Notes under the pieces: generated by a model
What the model was told of the DNA's origin: nothing
The model's database searches: none
What the model saw: only the letters and a program-made list of their open reading frames with translations
In this document: piece by piece, positions 1 to 13,193 of the stretch
Position numbering within the stretch: position 1 is the stretch's first letter
Layout: every line of letters starts with the position of its first letter
From: Lophium mytilinum
Lineage: Eukaryota
Reading direction: 5' to 3'
Length of the DNA stretch: 64,000 nucleotides
NCBI GenBank assembly: GCA_010093605.1
Contig: MU004193.1
Coordinates: 1,557,520 to 1,621,519, forward strand
Position numbers and translations under genes: made by a program

Positions 1-498
1 GCGAACTATAGTGCCGAGGATATGATCAAGATGCAAGAAGAGTTGGCGAAGTATGGGGTCCCACTGGCAATCAATCAGTGTGAATTCTCGGTCTTGCGTC
101 GCCAGCCGGAAATATCCGGGCTATTGAAAGCTTGTAAAGAGCGTGGCATCGTTTTCCAGTCATACAGCTCCCTCGCCCAAGGCCGACTCACTGGAAAATA
201 CACAAAAAAGAATCCGCCGCCTGTGACGCATCGTTTTTCTTCATACGATATGGCGGATGTTGAGCCTGTGCTCGAGACACTGAGAAGAATTGCAGACAAG
301 CGAGGCGTAAGTCTCACTGCCGTGGGACTCAATTACAATCTGTGCAAAGGGATCACTCCGGTGGTTGGAACTAGGAAGGAACAGCAGGCGATTGATAATT
401 GTCAAGCGCTAGGGTGGCGGCTTTCGAATGAGGAAATCAAGGAGATTGATGCTGTCAGCTTTGAGGGGCATACGACGAGTTTGTGGCAGCAGGGCTGA
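1..498 (+). CDS. Aldo-keto reductase, C-terminal part (gene starts before the window)
   Basis: AKR C-terminal motifs: NQCEFSVLRR, YSSLAQGRLTGKY, PVVGTRKEQQAIDNCQALGWRLS; frame open from the window edge to TGA at 496-498. Confidence 0.85.
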   Translation, partial: ANYSAEDMIKMQEELAKYGVPLAINQCEFSVLRRQPEISGLLKACKERGIVFQSYSSLAQGRLTGKYTKKNPPPVTHRFSSYDMADVEPVLETLRRIADKRGVSLTAVGLNYNLCKGITPVVGTRKEQQAIDNCQALGWRLSNEEIKEIDAVSFEGHTTSLWQQG

Positions 499-1458
499 GA
501 AATAGAAGCAGATATGATTGAAGGAGATATGATGGGAGCAGACATGGCAGATACAGATGGTGATGAAATTGATCCCAGAGACTTTCTAAGAACCGTGCCT
601 CTCCAAAATGATGAACGCATAGAATAGGCTAATCTCGCGAAGCTAAGTTAGAGGTGATCATCGTAATAGTCAAGGCGGTCAATTTTCTATGCACGAAGGG
701 CTGTCGATTCGGCTTTGAAGCGTCATTGAGAGGTCTCCTTCTGCGACGGGTTTCGTGGAGTTTGATTGATCAATCCACCCTTGTAAGGGGCCGAACGCAG
801 GTTGGGGACTAGCGTTTGGGGCCATCTCTTCCGCTGCAGCCTGCAGCCACACAGTCATCGAGGCTTGCAAGTCTGCCTTGTATTGCGGCAGGTGAGAACA
901 TATTCGGGCGTGATAGTACGATTGAGGGAAAAGCTATGGAGATATTAAAATACTGAAGTTTAATGGATAGACATTTGAAATAGGCAACTCCAACCGAACG
1001 GCTCCGCTTCTCCTTTATTTTCGTCGTAGGCTCATTCCATCCACCCTTAACATCTAGACATTATAGCCTTTCCAAATGTCAGCCTTCCCCGACATACCCT
1101 GCTTGGTCTAACCAGCGCCAAAAGCCCTCAAGTACCCTGGAAGTACTCAAAGCCACTATGAAGGACATTCGCTCCGTTTCTCGAGCCTTGCAGCCTTCTC
1201 TTTCAGATCAAAAGCTTCTATGCCCATGTAGGATTGGCCTTCTCAGCCTCGCAGCCCTCGCAGCCTTCTCATTCGACTGCGCCATGCAAAGCGGGCAGCC
1301 AAGTCGCCTGAATTCCTGTTATGCCTCCACGTTTAAGCCAAAGACTGTGGGGAGCCCCCCAAGTCCTCAGCCTGCGTTCCAAAGTCTAATACTCAACACC
1401 CGTCCCACTTTCAGTAGGATTAGCACGCACATAAGCTCAAAGTAGCAAAATAAATACC

Positions 1459-3192
1459 ATGGGCCCACTATCTCCTCTCCGTACTTCGCATTCCAGACCT
1501 GAGATAGAGGACTCCAAGCAACTCCACGCGGTTCTCTATTCTGATGAGCATTTTAGCCTTTCGTCTTCATTTGATCTTCTCGATACAGGAAACATCTCAG
1601 TGCCTTGGATGACAAAGGTTACAGACGAGGATCTTCGTAACAACATAGTGTGTGCCAAAAAGACAAATGCGAGGACTTCCAGAACTAGAGTCTTGTATGT
1701 TCAGCGACTGTAGCACAAAGGTTCTACATCAAAGGTTTCCTGACCAAGAACCTACTCTAGTTTTCTGAGTATGCAAACTCATAACAGCAACTCACGACGC
1801 CTCAACATATCCGCCTCCAGTTTTCGAAGCATCGTAGAGACGTTTGCCATTCCCCGCACCTTCGTTCAAGGCATCTTCAAGGACATGATATGGGATGGCA
1901 ACGGATGCTTTCTTAGCCAAGCTCAAGATGGACATCCAGAGAGATTCGGTACGCATAACCCTTATCCCACGTTATCCTAAGAAAGAACTGAGCGAGCCCT
2001 GCTAACATTCCTTAGACCTCTTCTACCGCAGCGAATGCGGCTTCCACCAGCACCCTCAAACCGCTTTCGTAGCCGACTTTACGGCAAATACGGCAACCTA
2101 CGTCCTCATCGACTGCCCCGACAGTGCTAAAGCTCGTATAGTGCATTCCGTGACGCAAAGCTCTCCGAACGTGCTCGATCGGCCTTTAGCAGTAGATGCG
2201 CTCCTTCTAGACGAGTGTCTGCAAGCATGGCACGATCGGGTCTCTCATTACAGGGAAAAGTTGCTCTCATTCGTACGTTCCACTTAAGTCTGACATATCC
2301 TCCGAAAATTAGAGTACTAAGACTATCCCCAGGAGAGCCAAAACCCCAGAGACGACCACACCGCTCCTCCCTCCCTGGACTCCGACGCAGACAGCGCAAC
2401 CAACACGCTGCACAAACTCTGCACAAAGACCCACCGCATGTTCGAGCACCTCGCCGACCTCGAAGCCTGCGGCCAGTTTCTCCACACCGCTCACGAGCGC
2501 TACAGCACCGCGATCTGCACATCCAATGCGTATCGCGCATCTAATTCCGAATCAAGGGAGGAGGAGAAGAGCACATGGCCGCTGGACCGCCCCTACAGCG
2601 TCAGCGATTCCTTCACGCAGCTTGTCAGCGGCATCGACACCTGCAAGCGCTGGACCGACAACTACAAGTCTCGCACTACTCTGTACGAGAACATGCTCTG
2701 GCACGCTGACGTGCAGACGAATAACGAGATCAACGAGCGTAACGCCGCGGTGCAATTGCGGAACGCCGAGGTCAATCTGCGGATTTCGCGGCTCACGAAG
2801 GAGGATAGTAAGTCGATGATTGCGCTGTCGGTGTTGGCTATGCTGTTCCTTCCGGGGACGTTCGTTGCAGTACGTCACCCTTCCTCTTAATTCTGACGGT
2901 TCAGGATATTATAGTTCGGGAAGTGTAGGTTGTGCTGATGTGCTGATTGTAGGGTATATTCAGTATGGCTTTCTTCACCTCCCCCACGGCGCAGGACTTT
3001 GGCGCCTCGAAATGGATATGGCTATACTTCGCCGTGACCGTCCCGTTAACCGTTGGCTCGTTCCTAGCATGGAGCATTTGGAAACGGCGAGGGATGGACG
3101 GGGAACGCAGCATCAAGACGCGCGATCTTGAGGACGGGCTTGAGATGAACGGGACTCCGCTGAGGAAAATGACCAGTACGGTATCTTCATAG
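1459..3192 (+). CDS. CorA-like Mg2+ transporter-domain membrane protein (multi-exon, about 5 exons)
   Basis: ORF pieces joined by GT-AG introns (approx. 1695-1760, 1948-2015, 2273-2312, 2870-2952); C-terminus DSKSMIALSVLAMLFLPGTFVA-GIFSMAFF...WIWLYFAVTVPLT matches the two-TM end of fungal CorA-like proteins; 5' exons less certain. Confidence 0.7.
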
Positions 3193-3589
3193 ATGTTGAG
3201 AACTGATGTCTGCTGGACGTATTCTGTGTTTCAATACTGGGGTCAACGGATCATGTGATCTTCGATCTTCTACTGTCTAATATCAAAGCTCTGATCGTAT
3301 TCCCCTCTTGCTCCGTTGTTGAAGCGAGTTTGTATATTTATATCTTTACTCGCCCCCTATGCGGGTTTATGTATCACGCTGAGCATAGCGGCTCGAAAGA
3401 CCCTTGAGCACCGAGCGCTACGATGCTCATCATTCAGAGTTAGTAATTTCAGAAACAATTTCTGCTTGCACTCAGCGAAAACCGTATTTAGAAGAGTTAC
3501 CCCTGTGTGTAAGAATAAACTGTTTTAGGCTAGCAATGGAACAAGCCCTCCCTTTCAGTACTGTACCCAGCCAGACATCTTTAGCCTAC

Positions 3590-5099
3590 CTACATATTCG
3601 CAAGCAGGTAAGCCAACCCGGCCCACATCTCCTCTGCACTCGGCAAAATCTGAGCGGCTGGAAGCACGAACCCGTACCGTCCCGTGTCCCGCAGCTCGAC
3701 CGTGAACGAGAACGCCGCCTTGGCCACATCGGTCGCGTAATCGACGCTGTCGCCAGCGACCTGGTAGATCGTGTCGCAGATGGGGCCTTCGGTGAAGCTG
3801 ACCCCGTGGACGGCTTTGATGGCGCTGACGACACCGGTTGAGAGCGAGGTGTACTTGGCGCTGTTGGCGACGACGGCGGAGCAGGAGTAGCCGTACGCTG
3901 ATGTTATTCCAGCAACATTAGCGTTCGGACGCGCTAATGACGTCGAGGGAGATGAGAGGGCTGGGTGAGGTCAACTTACGATACATGAACAGCTGCGAGT
4001 ACGAGTGGAAGTCGAGGTACATCTCGACGCCTTTCCCGCTCGTGAGGCCATCGATCTGCGCTTTCAAGGCTTTAGTCTCGGTACCGTCACCCTGGGCTGC
4101 GCCTCTGTAGTCTTCGGCACAGGGATCGGTGCTCGAGCCGCTGCCGGACCAGACGTAGGGCCAGTTGCGGTTGATGTCACGGCCGACGCAGGAGTTGCCG
4201 GAGTTGACTTGGCGGTTCTTGCGCCACATGCGGTCGTTGGTTTGGGTGTACGCGAAGCCGTCGGGGTTGACGATGGGGCTTAGGCGGGAGATTAGATGGA
4301 TGTCTTGGGACGAGAAGGATGGGGTGTAGAGAGGTGGCTTACGTGATGTAAAAGTCGTATTTGTCGACATAGGCTTTGATAGAGGTATCTGAGGCGTATT
4401 TGGTGAGGAGTGTATAGGCTGCGTATTCGACGACCTGTTCATGACTTAGTTGAGATTTCGTGCCGAAAATAGTACTAAACTCACCATTGAAGTGATCCAT
4501 TCCCGTGCATGGACATTTCCGTGCCAGACAATAGCCTTCTTAGAGCCTTTCCCTCCACTGCCCCAGATGTGGATGCCAGTGAGATCTCGCCCACTGTTCG
4601 ACTTCCCCGCGGAAATGATCTCAGAGTTGGATGGATAGGAAGCTTGGAGATCCTTGAGAAACTGAGTATGGTCCGCGATCGGGTGATATGCGTTGAACCA
4701 GGTAGCATTCGCACTTCCGGCTGCGCATTCGTTAGAGTCAAATATGCTAGTGTGGTGATAAGGTAACAGGGAATCTTTACCGGCATAAACAGAAAGCTGG
4801 CTTTCCTCCGCGATCGACAGGCCCAGATCCTCGTGCATAACTTCAATGCTAAGATCGGCTGTGTCTGCCTCAAACTTTTCGACTTGAGTGGGTGGCACCA
4901 TAAGGTCAATGACGCCGTCAGCCTTCGGTTTGCCAGTCCAAGACTCTAGCTGTAGCTTGCTGATCAATGACTTGACAGCGGCTACATTAGAACCTACTGA
5001 GACCCGGTAGACCTTGAAGCCATCATACGTAACCTTTGCAGGCACAGAGACCGCAGATGTGAATGCCACACATGCGAGAGCGAGGGCGAGGAACTTCAT
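3590..5099 (-). CDS. Secreted zinc carboxypeptidase, family M14A (carboxypeptidase A-like), multi-exon
   Basis: Signal peptide [16 protein letters not shown], propeptide YDGFKVYRV, zinc motif HAREW, NPDG, RMWRKNR, DINRNW, DFHSYSQ, ELRDTG; last exon ends [13 protein letters not shown] (TAG at 3590-3592). Confidence 0.93.
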
Positions 5100-6258
5100 G
5101 ATAGACGGTTGATACAGATAGAGCGGTTGAAGGAACCGAAACGCGTGTTCTTATACTTCTCCTTGAGGTGAATCCACGAAGGCGCCATCATTGCTTCTCT
5201 TAGCAGCTTCCTCTCGCGTCCCCGCAATCCACGTCGTACGCTCGTTATCGCGGCAGGAACAAGGCCGATTTTAAGTGCCTGGGTGAATTAATATAAATCA
5301 CGACGTATCACGAAGTCCTGCTTGCGTGACAACAGGAGCATGGCCCGCCGGCCGCTTGGCAATTGGATGGGAGATTCCTATTTAAGCCTTGTAGAAAATC
5401 ACGGCACCTCCCCGCCAAGGATCTGCTGCCGGCTGCGGGCACCAATGTTAAGCTTCTTATCGGGGCTCATTCTGGGGCCTTAGATCTTCCTGCGGGAGGA
5501 GGGGTGAAACAATCCAGTGACCTTCCCATTTAGGGGCTTTCGTGGGTCGCTCAGTCGGCCTCTTACTTGATGCAGTACGTGCTCCAGACGACGTCGCCAC
5601 TGTCTTTACTTGATGAGCACTCTTGTTATTAATATAGGTTGTCATAGGGTGGGTGTCACCATGTTCGGTTTGGAAGGTTGAGGTTGGCTGAAGGTTGAGA
5701 AGAGGGCGATTTAGGCCTAATTGGGTATAGCGTAACGACTCTCACCACGTGATATGCCTGAGTTTCCATCATTTCTCCTGTATTTGCTGAACTCATTTTC
5801 TCTCAAAAGGTCCGCGGTATAAAATGTGTAAAGTGGCGGCTAAGAGCTGCCTTCATGTTTCTGTTGTCTTTCTCATTCTTCTACAATTCATGTCGGCTAT
5901 TCAAAACCAGAATCGGCCAAGTGCCCGAGGACTTCCCGTCCCTCGAGTCCATTTCTCGATTGTACACCATCCTCCTAAGACCGTCTTGAACTAAATCGGC
6001 TTCGTCCCTCATGTCACGACTTCGGCAAATGGCCACAATGGTCCTTAGAAACCCGCCGAATACATGTGCAACATGCCGAGCCATTCGGGGGCGGACAGCA
6101 CGCATCAGTCGAAGCTCCGGCTAAGGTCCCTCGGACCGCCCGTCCCCGCCGGCCTGCAGTGGTGTCCCCAGATTCCGACGAGTCTCACCATCTCGTCGGC
6201 AGCTGCTCTCACTTCCTCCTAGCTTCTATCTAGTTATTGCAGAGGGCGACATGGTCGC

Positions 6259-9192
6259 ATGGATGCTTCCGCCCCACTCCCGCCTGCAGCTCCGCCATCT
6301 GCTGACGAGAACGCCGCGAGGATCAAGAGGGCCAACCAGGCCTGTCTGAATTGCCGAAAGCGCAAGTCGCGATGCCTCTTGTAAGTCCGGACGTTTTACA
6401 TTCTGCCCGAATAGCGCATGTATGGTGTTTCTTCAGGCGCGGACGGGCTCTGAAACATCCCAAACCTAGCGTCTATCATTGCGTATCTTTCGATAGATGG
6501 AGCATGCTTCGTAGAGCTCTTAGGCGACTTATGCACAGTCAAAGCGCCATGGCTATTATGTTTATGCCGCTGCGAGATAGTCAACATGTACTAATGTATA
6601 TACTACTATAGAGACGTGGATGGCACAGTCCCCTGCCTCCGTTGCAAGCGCGATAACCTCGAATGTGTACTCGGCGGCTCCAATCGAGGTGGCCGACGGG
6701 TGCGCCGCAAGACCCTCGATCCCCAAATTCTACCCTCCCCCTACAACCAAGAAGACGCAGGCTATCACGGCCTAGGGAATGTCGGGACATGGACAACACA
6801 ACCCAATGCGCAAGAGCGGGCCGCAGATGGATCCCACCAGCGGCCAGACGATCAAATGCCGCGGTCCGGTTCATCTTCCACCCAGGACGACATCTCATTC
6901 CCGAACCTACAAAATCCTTCAGATGCCCTAGGAATACTAGCAAGAGTCGCGGAGACCAGCACAGGCGACAATACAGGCATTCAAAATGGACACCGGCTTG
7001 CGAATACAATGGCACATCGCAGGGAACCGTCTCTGGCGCAACAGATGTCGTACCGGCTTTTGGATTTGGGGATCCTCACCATTCCCAGAATGATGGACCT
7101 GCTTATGCGCTACCGTCAACATTATCACCCTTATTACCCTCTGGCTGCCCCACATGTTTTTGATCCGAGACGGCTAGCGGAAACAGTTCAACGCGATGTG
7201 CACCTATTGACTGCTATACTGCTCATATCCTCGAAGGACCTTGTAGAAGAACCTCAAATATACGAGTCGTGTACAGAATATATGAAGACGCTGGTGTCCG
7301 ATCTCGCCGCCGGTGGAGACGCAGACGTCGAAGCTGTCGAAGCGCTTTTGATTCTCGCAGAGTGGGCACCCTACACGCAGCGCGCCTCCGGAAAGGTAGG
7401 CCGGGGAGAAGAAGATAAAGAAAGTTGGATGCATGTAGGGCTAGCGCTCCGGATTGGCTACTTTTTAGGTCTTGACAAATACTCTTTCCGAGTAATTGAT
7501 GATGGGAAAGATGTCCAGCATAACCGCAAACGTCTGGTCTGGACAGCCTGCTATATATCAGATCGACAGATCTCGATTCGAATTGGCAAGGCATTTTGGT
7601 CTAGAGGGTACGTAAACCTTCTCGTTATTTGTTCATTATTGCATGCGTTCGCTATAGGAGTATTCCATGAGAGTCCATCAATCGCACTATCAGCCACTCC
7701 ATGGACCCTCCACACTACCATCCAATCGAACCATTGTCTCTAGCCGCATCGATTGAACTACAAAACATATCAAGAAGCTTGAGAGTCACATGTCCACGTC
7801 TTTATACCCAGCTTACACCTATGTAAAATAATAATTTGCATCCTGTCCCTGAGCTGTTGAGATCACTTTCATCATGAGTCCCATAATGTCTTCGTTGTTT
7901 GTGTTCTCTTCGTAATGTCTTATATCCATACGAATCATCTAACGTCTGCTAGACCTGGCCCTTTGACTACGCTTCGCCGTGAAGATTATCCGGCCCTTTT
8001 GCCAGAGAGCCCGAACGAGGAGGACTACGCAAGCATATTCCAGGCTACCCTCGAATTGACACAACTTTGCAGTAATGTCCACGATGTCCTCTATTCAAAT
8101 CCGGGGTCGAGTTTCAGGTCGCACCTCAGCGGGGGCTACATCAAATTCATTGACGACTTCCGGTCCGCTATTTACGGATGGAAAAGCGTATGGGGAACTC
8201 TGACCTGTACGTCCCCTCTAATCTCTCCAAACTATCGGCAACTAATCCAGCCCGCAGGCTCCCCCCAACTAAAAGCCACTCTTTTAATGTCCTACGACTA
8301 CCTCCGTCTCTACACCAACGCCTTCGCCTTCCAAGCCACCGTCCGCCGCGCCCTCCCCACCACCAGCACCGGGTCTTCCACCCTTCCCAACCCAGCCTCC
8401 CCCAATACCTCCACCCATCCACACCCAAACCCCCCTCCGCCGTCTAACCACTCTATTCAGGCCCCCTCGCGCGTCTTCTACAATAACGTCGCCAGCGTCG
8501 GCGATGCCCGATTCATCTATGAAGGCCTCGACGCCGCCAAAGCCATCCTCAGCACGGCCAACAACTTCGTCGACCCCGAAAAATCCCTGCGCTTCATGCC
8601 GCTGCGCTTTTACCTCTACCTCGTCTACGCTGGCGTCTTCCTATACCGCGCTCGCTGCGTCGGCGTCATCGGTGCTGACGAGGAGCGCGCCGTCCGCGCC
8701 ATGATTCAGGAGACTGTCTCTCGTCTCCAGCGCAGCGCTGTGGGCAACGGTACCGGCAGCGGCCTCCAGCACCCGGGGAGTCGCTACAGTCAGCTGCTGA
8801 AGTTGCTTTGGGCGAAGGTTGGAAGGAAGGATCGCGCGCGAGCTGCTGCGTACCCGGCGAGCGGTTCGCAGCCGCATCATGCGGCGCGTGGGAGTGTTGG
8901 GGAGAATGCGCTCCCACAGACGCCGGGCATGTCGAGGCCGCCGCCCAGTCAGGCTGGGAGCGTGACAACCGGGGAGAGCCCAGCGGTGACGGAGCAGATG
9001 GGGGATTTCAGCTGGACGGATCTTATGGCGGTAGGAGAGTTTGCGATGGGTGGGGGGCAGGGGACCCAGCAGGCGCAAGGCGAGGATGGGGGGTTTTGGG
9101 GAGTGAGCTTTTTGCCAGTGGATATGGGGTTGGGCGGGCAGGCTATGGGTTGGGAGAATGGGTTTGATGGGGAAATGGGGATGGCGTTTTGA
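6259..9192 (+). CDS. Zn(II)2Cys6 transcription factor with fungal TF middle-homology region (Aro80-like)
   Basis: Exon 1 from ATG 6259 gives ACLNCRKRKSRC; intron 6381-6611 joins to PCLRCKRDNLEC, completing the six-Cys cluster; RLVWTACYISDRQISIRIGKAFWSRG-PGP across an intron at approx. 7608-7952; short in-frame intron near 8207-8257. Confidence 0.88.
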
Positions 9193-10495
9193 GGGGGAAG
9201 GGCCTCAGGAAATTAGAGTGGGTGCTGGGTGCTGCCGACTGTTCTAAGAAAGGATATAAAGCGGCTACTCAGCTTATAGATATAACCTAGATAGTTCCTT
9301 TTAATCTCTCCACCATCTACCCCCCTTACCAGCCCTACAAACCCTCTAACACTCACCATCTAACCCATTGCCAAGCCCCACCATCTCCAGCCACCTCACT
9401 CACCCCTCCCCCACGAAGCCTATTGCTAATTAGAAAATCCAACCTATAATCCTCCCGTGTCATGTCCCCTCCCATGCTGCCCCGAAAATTTTCCCGCCCC
9501 CCTCCCGCGTTCCCGCGGCGGTGCCCAGCCTTCCTATCACGCCACCAGTCAGCCGCTCCGCTCCGCCGCGCCGCCAACATCTCAAAGTCGGGTTCTAGAT
9601 TGCCATCTCGGCTACTATCGACTCAAGGATGCAGATATCGAACAAATCCCGCATGCTTTGGTGGAAGGCGCTGCTGGGGTGTCGGGATGCCGAGTTGGGT
9701 AGGATGGGACGAGGGTGCGGCTAGAGGAGGGTGAAGAGGGGTTACGGTGCCTGCAAGGGCTTGTTGGGTTTGGGGAGGTCTATGAAGTGAAGGGGATGGA
9801 GTGTGATGTGTGATGTGTTCTTTAAGATTTGAGGTGGATAGGTGGAGGATGAGTTGAGACGCAAGGTGAGTTTTGAACAGTAGGAATCGAGATCAGGGGT
9901 GTTTTGACTAGATGGAAATGGTGGGTATATGGTTGGTCCTTAGCTACGAATCCTGCTTTACTACTGACTGACGCTGGCAACGTCAGTATCGCTATAGTGG
10001 ATAATACGATAAGGCTGTGTGAAAGACATGGGTGTGAAGAGAGTCTGAGAGTCAAAGAAAGTCAACAAAATCTAGCACCTCTTCCCCCACGCTTCCCTAC
10101 CACTTTGTCATTCTGTCACAACATTGTAGTCATGGTGTAGCAGCTCTAGGCTATCCTTTTCCCCTCCATCTCGCCGAACCCTCGCGCTAGGCTACTCAGC
10201 ATTCTCGTAAATCTGGGTTCTGGGGTGCAGGAGTCCGTCTAACGTTCTCTAGCGCCGTGAACTCTTTCCTCTCCGGTCAAGATGTGTCAAGTTAGTTGAT
10301 TGATGCAGTCATCTTACTGCTAGTATCACGACGCTGTAACCAGATCCCTTCTTCATACAAGACATGCCAAGTCGCTTTACAGCTCCACCCAGGCCTTTGG
10401 GAATCGGAAGCAACTCCTAAAATACCCCTCTGCTTCGACCGAATGTGGTAATGCTATAAGCGAAACTACCGTGCTAAAACGCTTCACGTGGCCAG

Positions 10496-12041
<1,546 letters not shown>

Positions 12042-12288
12042 CTAGTTAACTGTATTCTAACATGTTATACCATACCAACTCAAAGTCTTCTTGCTTGAAT
12101 GCAGATTAGTCGATCTATGATCTCTTTCCTAATGGTTAGTTTCCTGGTGTGATGGATGATGTTTCACATTGGATGAAAATCGCGAGCTCAGCTTAATCGG
12201 TGAATATCTCATCACTACATTGTATTACTAGTCACGCTGTCACGTCGGTCTCATCAGGTACCTCAACACCGCGCCACCGCGCATCCTC

Positions 12289-12690
12289 CTATCTACTTGA
12301 CCTCTTAAGCCTTCATATCACCGCTTATCCCCTCAGCTACGGGTGCATCGGATGCGCTAATTGTTTCATCAATAGGCGGGCTTCAGATGGCCGACAGCAC
12401 TTGGCGGTTTCTCGACCTCTTTTACGATCGTTCCTGACACAAATTTCATACCACTGTTCTAGCAGTCCCTAGAGAAGCGTCAGTCGCCGCGTGCCCACCT
12501 CGAATAGCCCGCCCGAAGTTTATGCTGGTTTAGATGAGAACGAAAAAGAATTTGACTCAGAAAGGAACAAGCGCAGTCACATCACGTGATGTTACTTTCG
12601 ACCTCTTTTGAAGCTGCAAAGATCTCATATCTTTGGATGCTTTCGCTATTGGACGCTTATCGATCTCGGTCTAGGTTATTTAGCTTGTAA
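12289..12690 (+). repeat. Diverged direct repeat, copy 1 (pairs with 15868-16216)
   Basis: Colinear shared blocks: ctcttaagcc-tt(c/t)atatca, tgcatcggat, ctcgaatag, gcccgcccgaagt, tagatgagaacg, ctcagaaag, atcacgt(g/a)atgttactttcga, tctcg(g/a)tctaggt. Confidence 0.85.
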
Positions 12691-12751
12691 AGCTCACATT
12701 ACAGCCACTAAGACATTCAACATATCATTACTGGTGTCTTCAACACCAACG

Positions 12752-13054
12752 TCACACAAGTTCCAAATGCCCCCTTTCGCCGACCTGGTTAGAAACCCTC
12801 AGCAAATCCCACGATAACGTCTTATCTAAACAGAAATAGCCTGCTCTCTTATACTGCGGCAAGTCCCCTAGCAAACGCCTCACCATGATACCATGAAGGC
12901 GCCATGCGTTCGCCGATGCCTTCTCGATTGAAACAAGGGGTAAGAAGGCTATGCCCTCACATCTACCAAAGTCTACAGGCCCATCCGGGAGCAACGTGAA
13001 TCTCGAGTCCTTGAAATCGTACAACTGTCCCTCAAGTTTCAGCGTACCATACAA
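12752..13054 (-). pseudogene. Probable C-terminal remnant of a HET-family gene
   Basis: Short ORF without an ATG start, ending ...LHGIMVRRLLGDLPQYKRAGYF, which resembles the G-l-v-l-r...Y-x-R-x-G-x-F tail of many HET proteins; no N-terminal HET domain; lies directly downstream of the intact HET gene. Confidence 0.35.
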
Positions 13055-13193
13055 GATGTTATCTCCCGGGCCCTAAACACCCAACTACCCAGTACTGCAA
13101 AGGACCATCATATCTCATCCCATGATTTAGCTTCTCCTCACGCTTTCCAAACCTCTTGGTAATTTTATCACAATACTGTAGTCATGCGCCGCC

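Noticed and set aside
9457..9810. Possible small gene or pseudogene downstream of the first TF
   Set aside because: Short interrupted frames with no recognisable similarity
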